NCBI GenBank assembly: GCA_043804515.1
Contig: JAZDIZ010000093.1
Coordinates: 1-10,622 of the forward strand
DNA length: 10,622 nt
Reading direction: 5' to 3'
Source: Pseudomonadota bacterium
Lineage (GTDB): Bacteria > Bdellovibrionota_G > JALEGL01 > DATDPG01
In this document: piece after piece, positions 1 through 6,236 of the stretch
Layout: every line of letters begins with the position of its first letter
Numbering within the stretch: position 1 is the first letter of the stretch
Notes under the pieces: model-generated
Seen by the model: only the letters and a program-made list of their open reading frames with translations
Databases searched by the model: none
Told to the model about the DNA's origin: nothing
Program-made: the position numbers and the translations under genes

Positions 1-1
1 G

Positions 2-739
2 GTGGCCGTTCACATCCTCTTGCTCGGCATCGCCGCCTTTGCGTTCCGGAGGGCCACGCTCCTCTCGTTTTTCATCCTGGGCTTCTATGTCTCGCTTCTC
101 CCCGTTTCGCACATCGTGCCGTTCGGCGACGTTATGGCCGAGCGCTTTCTTTACGTTCCCAGCATGTTTTTCTGCCTAGCCGTCGCCTGGGCTATCGAAA
201 AGCTCCCCGGGCTGGGCCGTTGGCGCACCCTTCGGTGGGTTCTCGCGGGATCGCTCGTCGTCGGTTATGGCGCAGGCTCATTCCGATACTCGCAGGCATT
301 TGCGTCGGCTCCGTCTCTCTGGTCGGAAATGGTGGCGCGCGACCCGTCCCATCCAAAATTCCAACTGAACCTGGGCATAGCGCTCTTGGATAAAAGCGAC
401 TGGGCCGGCGCCGCCGCGCACCTCCGCGCGGCGCACGACTTGGACCCGAATGAAACGGCAAGCTATCTGCCCCTTGCGCAAGCGTACTCGCGGCTCGGAA
501 GAATCGGCGAGGCCGGCGAGGTCTTGCGCGAGGCCGTCCGGCGCGGCCCGGATTACGCCGAGACGCATCGAAATTATGCGGTCTTTCAATACGATTTCGG
601 GAATCCGTCGATCGCACAGAAACACATCCGGATCGCCCGCCGCTTGAACCCATCGGATCCCGATCTTGAAAAGCTCGAAGCAATGATCCTGGCTCGGCTC
701 TCCAAGAGCCGAAAGCTACGGCAGAGATCCCCGCATTGA
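2..739 (+). CDS. TMTC-like transmembrane + TPR protein (putative GT-C-fold protein O-mannosyltransferase homolog), 5'-truncated by window edge
   Basis: Frame is open from the window edge. Hydrophobic helices and the motif LLPVSHIVPFGDVMAERFLYVPS (nt 95-163) match the LLPxSNxxxxxxxxAERYLYLPS signature of TMTC-family proteins. Then SLW...DP and three consecutive 34-aa TPRs (nt 353-658: PKFQLNLG...DPNE, TASYLPLA...GPDY, AETHRNYA...NPSD). Stop TGA 737-739. Confidence 0.8.
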   Translation: MAVHILLLGIAAFAFRRATLLSFFILGFYVSLLPVSHIVPFGDVMAERFLYVPSMFFCLAVAWAIEKLPGLGRWRTLRWVLAGSLVVGYGAGSFRYSQAFASAPSLWSEMVARDPSHPKFQLNLGIALLDKSDWAGAAAHLRAAHDLDPNETASYLPLAQAYSRLGRIGEAGEVLREAVRRGPDYAETHRNYAVFQYDFGNPSIAQKHIRIARRLNPSDPDLEKLEAMILARLSKSRKLRQRSPH

Positions 740-773
740 ACCCGTCCCGAAGCGGGCAAGCGGACGCCGGCGC

Positions 774-1826
774 TTAAGCCGTCGCCAGCGACTTGATGTC
801 GATCACGAAGCGATAGCGGACGTCGCTCTTGACGACCCGGTCGTAGGCCTCGTTCACTTTCTGGATCGGGACCAGCTCGATGTCGCACGTGATGTTGTGC
901 TTTCCGCAAAAATCCAGCATTTCCTGGGTTTCCCGGATCCCCCCGATCAGGGACCCCGCCAGGCTCCGGCGGGCTATGACCAACGGGAAGGCACCGATGG
1001 ACAACGGTTTTTCGGGCACGCCGACCACGACCATCGTGCCGTCGCGCTTCAGGAGGCCCAGGTACCGGTTCCAGTCCAGTTCGACCGAGACGGTATTGAG
1101 GAGAAGGTGAAATTGCCCCTTGAGGCTTTCGAACGTTTTCGGATCGGAACTCGCATAAAAATGATCGGCACCCATCCTCTTGGCATCCTCCTGTTTCTTG
1201 AGCGAATGGCTGAACACCGTGGTTTCGGCACCCAAAGCGTGGGAGATCTTCACGCCCATGTGCCCCAAGCCTCCCAGGCCGATGATCCCCACTCTCTTCC
1301 CGGGCCCGGCGCCCCAATGGCGGAGAGGCGAATACGTCGTGATGCCCGCGCACAGAAGAGGCGCGGCAGCGTCCAGGGGAAGATTGGCAGGCATCCGAAG
1401 AACGTAATTCTCGTCCACCACGATCTGCGTGGAATAGCCGCCGTACGTCGGTGTCTTGCCGTCCTTTTCGAGACCGTTGTAGGTCAGCGTCATACCGTGA
1501 AGGCAAAATTGCTCCAGGCCTTCATGGCAGTTTTCGCAATCCCGACAGGAGTCCACAAAACATCCCACGCCGACTTTGTCGCCAGCCTTGTACCGCGTGA
1601 CTTTCGGGCCCACGCGGGAGACGACGCCGGCGATTTCGTGGCCGGGGACCATGGGAAAAATGGAACCTCCCCACTCGTCACGGGCTTGGTGAATATCCGA
1701 GTGGCAGATCCCGCAATACTGGATATCGATCAATACGTCGTGATCGCGGACGTCATGTCGTTGAAAAGAAAATGGGCCAAGCTTTGCCTTCGCCTGAGGA
1801 GTTGCATATCCGCGGACTTGAATCAT
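774..1826 (-). CDS. Zn-dependent NAD(P)-dependent alcohol dehydrogenase / aldehyde reductase (cinnamyl alcohol dehydrogenase family, YahK/AdhA-like)
   Basis: Catalytic-Zn motifs CGICHSD and PGHE. Structural-Zn motif [29 protein letters not shown], Rossmann motif [12 protein letters not shown]-x-x-K segment typical of NADP(H) users, C-terminal [10 protein letters not shown]-like AGGGAG upstream of ATG 1826. Confidence 0.95.
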   Translation of the reverse strand: MIQVRGYATPQAKAKLGPFSFQRHDVRDHDVLIDIQYCGICHSDIHQARDEWGGSIFPMVPGHEIAGVVSRVGPKVTRYKAGDKVGVGCFVDSCRDCENCHEGLEQFCLHGMTLTYNGLEKDGKTPTYGGYSTQIVVDENYVLRMPANLPLDAAAPLLCAGITTYSPLRHWGAGPGKRVGIIGLGGLGHMGVKISHALGAETTVFSHSLKKQEDAKRMGADHFYASSDPKTFESLKGQFHLLLNTVSVELDWNRYLGLLKRDGTMVVVGVPEKPLSIGAFPLVIARRSLAGSLIGGIRETQEMLDFCGKHNITCDIELVPIQKVNEAYDRVVKSDVRYRFVIDIKSLATA

Positions 1827-2035
1827 ATCAGTCTCCCTTCGATCATCGTTCTTCCGGCGCTCATCTCAACGCCGGCCGGATACCATACCAATGCCGCGCT
1901 CCGCAAGCCATCGTCTCGGGCCGCGAAAGATCGACCGCCGCTGCACGGCCAAGGGCGGAGATCCGATACTTCAGCCGGAAGTTGAGGTAATCTTCAGGAG
2001 CAATCGAACACTCGAAACCATCCTGGAGGCCGGGT

Positions 2036-2395
2036 ATGAGGATAACCTGCTCTTCTGTTCTTATTGCAATCAGTCTTCTGATCAACGCGTGTTCCATGGT
2101 GCGAACTTCGCCTGTTTTGAGTCGATGGGAGGGCAAAAGGTTCGTCATCTGCTGCGAAAACAGGCCCGATCGATTGACGAACTGCGGTCGAGAAGCTTGG
2201 ATCGAGACCATCAGAGAACACTGCCGCGCGGGGGCGAAAGCGGTTGCCGGGTCGAGCCAAACGAGACCGGCCATCCTTCACGTGGAGTCGACGGAACCCA
2301 TGTACCCCGGAGACGGCGGATCGGTGGATGTCAGCACATTGGATTCGCAGAATCAGTGCGTGGAATACGAGTGCGCGGGCAACATAACGCCGTGA
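2036..2395 (+). CDS. Hypothetical Cys-rich lipoprotein (119 aa)
   Basis: GGAGG at 2025-2029 before ATG 2036. N-terminus MRITCSSVLIAISLLINA|C has a hydrophobic core and a lipobox-like Cys19. Six further Cys in the mature part. Fills the gap between flanking genes without overlap. Confidence 0.7.
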   Translation: MRITCSSVLIAISLLINACSMVRTSPVLSRWEGKRFVICCENRPDRLTNCGREAWIETIREHCRAGAKAVAGSSQTRPAILHVESTEPMYPGDGGSVDVSTLDSQNQCVEYECAGNITP

Positions 2396-2427
2396 ATTGA
2401 GCTTTACGCGCGGACCCGAGAGACCAA

Positions 2428-4230
2428 TTACGGCAGAGCAGGAAGCTGTGGATACGTGCCGGCAGCCAGAATCCAACCGTATGTGTTCCAACCGTCGAAA
2501 TTCTCCGGATACATGAACCATGTCTGGTCGTGACCTTCTCCTGCGGCACTCACCGAAGTTCCGATCCCGTCGCTCTGAGTCGTGTCCCAGTAGGAAAGCG
2601 TGACTTGAGACGGGGCCGCAGCATACGCGGCGAATCCGCCACAACGCTGTGCTGCCGGGTCGGTGCATGTAACGGACTCGATGTAGTTGCGCCCGTCGAT
2701 CTGTCCCGTCCTCTCCCCCATGTACAACTGCCCCGCCGCATACGCGCGGGTCACCGTCGAGGGTGCACCCGACCAGGAAGCATCCAACGTACCGACAAAA
2801 CCGCCCGCTCCTGACAACAATAAGTCGGGCGCCACTCCGGACACGTCGATCCCTCCTTTGGCGAAGGAATCGCTGATGTTTGCACTGTAGGTCTCCGCGA
2901 CAAAGCCCCCGACCGTTTGCGTCCATTTTGTGGCCAGGTCCCCCGTTGCGGAGCACAGCGAGATTGTCGCGATAGCCGCATGACCGACAAAGCCGCCCAC
3001 GGATACCGAAAGGTCCGTCGACGAAGAGCCCGTGCCCGATACTTGCCCCCGTGCCTGCGAGGACTTGATCCAACTGTTGGACTGGACCGACCCGGCGAAT
3101 CCGCCCACGTCGATACGGCCCTGCACGGTTCCCTCCGCGTAGGAATGGTCCGCGCTGCTTCCCGCTTCCATCAGGCCGACAAGGCCGCCGATATACTGCC
3201 TCCCCGTTATCGCGGCCGTCGAATGGGAACCGGTGATCGAACTCGCGTTCATTTGACCGACTAAACCCCCAACGTAGCTATAACCGGAAACACTTCCATC
3301 CGTAGAAGAGGCCGATATCGTGCTGCCCCCCATCAGCCCCCCGACCAAACCGCCGACATAATTGGACGGGCTCGTGACTGTGCCGTTGACCTGAACGCCG
3401 GAGATTTTCGTCCCCGCGACCGCTCGCCCCGCCAAGCCCCCGCCGTATTGCCCGACGCGGGCCGTGATGTCTTTCAGCACAAGGTTCCGGACCGTGGCGC
3501 CGGCCAGGAAGCCGAAGAACCCGGAGTCCTCGTAGGAGGAGTCGATCGAAACGTTTGCAATGACGTGACCGCCTCCATCAAAGATCCCCGTAAATTGAGC
3601 CGTCTTCGAACTCAGCGGCGTCATCGGCGTCCCGGCCAGATCCAGGTCGCTGGTCACGAGAAAACTCCGGTCCGGGTGCAGTCCGACATTCAGGAGCTGC
3701 GCCGCCACGCAAATCCTGAACGGATCCTCCGCTGAGCCCAACCCTCCGCCGTACGGCAACGTCGTGGCGTCGCAGCTTACGGAGGAACCCAAGAATCGGA
3801 ACAGGATCTCTTGGCTCGAAGTCCCGTTGTTGTAGGTGATGCGAATTTCGGAATTGAACGTTCCCGACTCCACCGGAGAGAACGTCACGACCATCGTGCA
3901 CGATGCACTCTGCGCGAGAGGCTGATCGAGGGAACACGTTCCTTCGGTACCCGGAAACGCCCCGCCCTTGAACGAAAAGGGAGCCTGCAAGGCCGAGGAA
4001 TCCACGGAGAGGATCTGCCCGCTTCCGCCTCCGGAATTTTCGACCGTGATCGCCTTTTCCTGAATCTGGCCCGAGACGATCGTTCCGAAATCCAGAGTCG
4101 AATCTCCCACGACGGCGAAATTGGCGAGCTTGGTCGCCTCAATGTCCTGAACGGCATTGCTGCAGGAAACAGCGGCCAAGGCCGCAAACCCAAGCAGAAG
4201 GCGTATTCGGCATCGCGGGAGCATACGCAT
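2428..4230 (-). CDS. Surface lipoprotein: Ig-like (choice-of-anchor D / ASH-like) domain + GLUG-repeat beta-helical region
   Basis: Signal peptide ending AAVS|C23. Ig-like domain aa ~36-150 (LDFGT...ITVENSG...PFSF...SCTMVVTFSP...G). Then GLGSAEDPFRI..AAQL and FTGIFDGGGHVIANVSI, which typically precede GLUG repeats. About nine GG[LF][VA][GA] repeats (YGGGLAG, YVGGLVG x2, YIGGLVG, DVGGFAG, SVGGFVG, TVGGFVA, GAGGFVG, RCGGFAA). C-terminal SYWD...W...YPQL. Start may be ATG 4230 or ATG 4224. Confidence 0.85.
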   Translation of the reverse strand: MRMLPRCRIRLLLGFAALAAVSCSNAVQDIEATKLANFAVVGDSTLDFGTIVSGQIQEKAITVENSGGGSGQILSVDSSALQAPFSFKGGAFPGTEGTCSLDQPLAQSASCTMVVTFSPVESGTFNSEIRITYNNGTSSQEILFRFLGSSVSCDATTLPYGGGLGSAEDPFRICVAAQLLNVGLHPDRSFLVTSDLDLAGTPMTPLSSKTAQFTGIFDGGGHVIANVSIDSSYEDSGFFGFLAGATVRNLVLKDITARVGQYGGGLAGRAVAGTKISGVQVNGTVTSPSNYVGGLVGGLMGGSTISASSTDGSVSGYSYVGGLVGQMNASSITGSHSTAAITGRQYIGGLVGLMEAGSSADHSYAEGTVQGRIDVGGFAGSVQSNSWIKSSQARGQVSGTGSSSTDLSVSVGGFVGHAAIATISLCSATGDLATKWTQTVGGFVAETYSANISDSFAKGGIDVSGVAPDLLLSGAGGFVGTLDASWSGAPSTVTRAYAAGQLYMGERTGQIDGRNYIESVTCTDPAAQRCGGFAAYAAAPSQVTLSYWDTTQSDGIGTSVSAAGEGHDQTWFMYPENFDGWNTYGWILAAGTYPQLPALP

Positions 4231-4240
4231 GCTTGCATTC

Positions 4241-4256
4241 GCAACACCCGTGCCAG
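4241..4256 (-). promoter_or_regulatory. Sigma-54 (RpoN) -24/-12 promoter of the GLUG lipoprotein gene
   Basis: Minus strand reads CTGGCACG-GGTG-TTGC, an exact match to the YTGGCACG-N4-TTGC core consensus. It is intergenic and correctly oriented. Confidence 0.8.
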
Positions 4257-4281
4257 ACCGATCTTTGAGAATTTGCCATTA

Positions 4282-4294
4282 TATCAATGGCTTG
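4282..4294 (+). promoter_or_regulatory. Putative IHF-binding site
   Basis: TATCAATGGCTTG is a perfect match to WATCAA-N4-TTR. It lies 26 bp upstream of the TGGCA of the leftward sigma-54 motif, in an AT-rich context. Confidence 0.6.
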
Positions 4295-4471
4295 GGTTTA
4301 TTGTGGCGTAGTTTTCGGAGCCTAGTCTAGGAAAGTTTCGGCTCAGGCCTGCAAAAAAGTAAGAATTCGTAAGCTCCCGCTCCCCTCCCAAATGCCGACC
4401 CCGCGCAAGTCTTGCGAGGTTCCTCAATAAATCGTGAAAAGTTTTCATAGCTTACCCGCCGAACCGGAACT

Positions 4472-4484
4472 TAAGTTATTGAAA
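4472..4484 (-). promoter_or_regulatory. Putative IHF-binding site
   Basis: Minus strand TTTCAATAACTTA matches WATCAA-N4-TTR with one mismatch. It lies 16 bp upstream of the TGGCA of the rightward sigma-54 motif. Confidence 0.5.
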
Positions 4485-4500
4485 TTATGGGCCTTCGGTG

Positions 4501-4516
4501 TGGCATCAATCCTGCT
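4501..4516 (+). promoter_or_regulatory. Sigma-54 (RpoN) -24/-12 promoter of the FN3 lipoprotein gene
   Basis: TGGCATC-AATC-CTGCT has GG(4502-4503)-N10-GC(4514-4515), with TGGCA and TGCT cores. Predicted TSS about 4527, 57 nt upstream of ATG 4584. Confidence 0.65.
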
Positions 4517-4583
4517 GCTCTCTTGAGTAGATGGTCTTGTGCCGCACACCGACTCCCTGCCAGGCACTCCGAAGGAGGGACCT

Positions 4584-6200
4584 ATGACGTTCCGGAAACC
4601 TCTTTGGGCCTGTTTTACCATCCTGGTTTTCGCCCTTCTTGCGGGCGCCTGTTCCCAAGGCGTCGATGTGAGCAGCCAGGAAGTTTTCAAGGCGAACGCA
4701 TCGATCACGCTCCAGAACGTTTCCAACTCGTCCGCCGAGTTCGCCGTTTCGGCGACGGAAATTGTGGTGGGTTGGACCGCCGTGGCGGGTGCGAGCTTCT
4801 ATTCGGTCGAGCGGAGTCTCAGCGCCGGCGACGGCTTCGCCGAAATCTCCACGGTTGAGGCTCCCTCAACGTCCTACCGCGATACCGGCCTTACACCGAA
4901 CACGGAGTATTTCTATCGCGTGCGGGCGGCAAAGTCGTCGGGGGACGAGGATCCCGTGTACACGCCGTATTCGAACGTCGTGGCCGCCGCGACCGGCGAC
5001 CCGGAGAGCATCCCCGCGCCCGGCAACCCGTCCGGACTCGCGGCATCCCTCGTTAACAACGGGGACGGGACGTTCAAGATCAATCTTTCCTGGAAGTATA
5101 CCGGCATTAACGTGGCCGGATTCGTGATCGAACGCTGCGAGGGCGGTGGATGCACCGATTTCAGAACGCTGATCACGATCGCGGACGCGGCGGCCAGAAC
5201 CTATTCCGACACGCAGGTGTTCCTGGGTATCAATTACTGCTACAGGGTCAGAGCTTACAACGGCACACATTACTCAACGTATACGCGCATAGTCTGCGTC
5301 GTTGTGTCCGCCGGCGGCCCCTTCGTTGCGCCCATCAACTTGGAAGCCACACAGGTCGGCGTCGGCGAGATCGACCTGACATGGCAGAACCTCTCCACGC
5401 AGGCCACCAACTATGCCGTCGAACGCAGAGAGCCGGGGTGTCAGTCCCCGTGGGTGACGCTCACAACGGAGCTCCCCGGAAACGCGGAGTCGTTCCAAGA
5501 CACCACGGCCGTACCGGAGCATCAATATATGTACCGTGTCCGCGCAATGAAAGACGTCGTGGGTTCGGACTATGCCTACACGCCGTTCATCGCTGCGCCG
5601 GCGGGGCCGTATTCAGCTCCTCAAATGTTTTGGATGGATACCGACGGCTTTTCGGTCAACGTCAACTGGTTGGATATTTCCTCGCAGGAGCAAGGCTTCG
5701 CGATCGAGAGATGCACGCTGGCCGTAAGCGACGGCGACTGCGCCGACTTCACGCGGATCGGAACGGCGGAGGCCGGCAGCTCGAGCTACAGTGACTCCAG
5801 CGTCGTCCACTGGAAGGCGTACAAGTACCGAATCGGCGTCCTGAACGCGGCCGACGGCGTCGAGAATTACACGTGGGCTTCTTCCATCGTGGTCGTAGAT
5901 CTCCGCGCCCCCGAACCGATGATCCCTACGGCGATTTCCTCCACCGAGATCGACGTGGCCTGGACAGATATCTCGGCGGACGAAAGCTACTTTCGAGTTT
6001 GGCGTTGCGAAGCGGAGCCGGGAAGCTACAGTTGCTCCAATATCGCAGTGTTCAAGTTTGTCGACGCCGGCTCACCCGGGTTTCAAGACACGGGATTGGA
6101 TCCGGGCAGGACGTATTGCTACGTAGCGGAAGCGTACATCAGCGAAACGCTCCACGGCTATTTCACGTACGTGCACTGCGCCACGACGCTAAGTCAGTGA
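4584..6200 (+). CDS. Surface lipoprotein with five tandem fibronectin type III domains (538 aa)
   Basis: Strong SD AAGGAGG 4572-4578 before ATG 4584, so the track start at 4539 is rejected. Signal peptide ending LAGA|C23. Five repeats with the FN3 pattern P..L..(I/V).L.W...F.IER...Y.DT.L...Y.YRVRA...YS. Confidence 0.88.
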   Translation: MTFRKPLWACFTILVFALLAGACSQGVDVSSQEVFKANASITLQNVSNSSAEFAVSATEIVVGWTAVAGASFYSVERSLSAGDGFAEISTVEAPSTSYRDTGLTPNTEYFYRVRAAKSSGDEDPVYTPYSNVVAAATGDPESIPAPGNPSGLAASLVNNGDGTFKINLSWKYTGINVAGFVIERCEGGGCTDFRTLITIADAAARTYSDTQVFLGINYCYRVRAYNGTHYSTYTRIVCVVVSAGGPFVAPINLEATQVGVGEIDLTWQNLSTQATNYAVERREPGCQSPWVTLTTELPGNAESFQDTTAVPEHQYMYRVRAMKDVVGSDYAYTPFIAAPAGPYSAPQMFWMDTDGFSVNVNWLDISSQEQGFAIERCTLAVSDGDCADFTRIGTAEAGSSSYSDSSVVHWKAYKYRIGVLNAADGVENYTWASSIVVVDLRAPEPMIPTAISSTEIDVAWTDISADESYFRVWRCEAEPGSYSCSNIAVFKFVDAGSPGFQDTGLDPGRTYCYVAEAYISETLHGYFTYVHCATTLSQ

Positions 6201-6236
6201 GGCGAAATCCGGGGCGGATCTTGTAAAACCGAGGAA

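Noticed and set aside
740..773. Possible terminator between the converging TPR and ADH genes (CGTCC...GGACG, CCCG...CGGG)
   Set aside because: Short stems, large loops and no U-tract on either strand.
1896..1910. GG-N10-GC (TGGCTTGCGGAGCGC, minus strand) upstream of the ADH gene as a third sigma-54 promoter
   Set aside because: It lacks the TGGCA and TTGC cores, and GG-N10-GC alone is frequent by chance at this GC content.
1891..2400. 169-aa plus-strand ORF with a CSYC motif, and the 137-aa minus-strand ORF 1861-2274
   Set aside because: No RBS or family motif. Both overlap the better-supported lipoprotein ORF 2036-2395, which has an SD and a signal peptide. Not fully excluded without a homology search.
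586..3073. Long alternative-frame ORFs (586-1506 -, 897-1985 +, 1994-3073 -)
   Set aside because: Mostly Arg/Gly/Pro-rich or antisense shadows of real genes, as expected in GC-rich DNA. No motifs.
2620..3450. Recurring nucleotide motifs in the GLUG gene considered as a DNA repeat array, CRISPR or DGR target
   Set aside because: They are degenerate, in-frame and explained by the protein repeats. There are no identical repeats with spacers and no reverse transcriptase or cas gene in the window.
4295..4500. Possible riboswitch (c-di-GMP, Moco) or sRNA in the long intergenic region
   Set aside because: I could not match the conserved motifs by eye, and the segment lies upstream of both predicted TSSs. 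An Rfam scan would settle it.
6201..6236. Hairpin ATCCG-GGG-CGGAT between the converging FN3 and moeB genes
   Set aside because: 5-bp stem with a 3-nt loop and no convincing U-tract, too weak to call.
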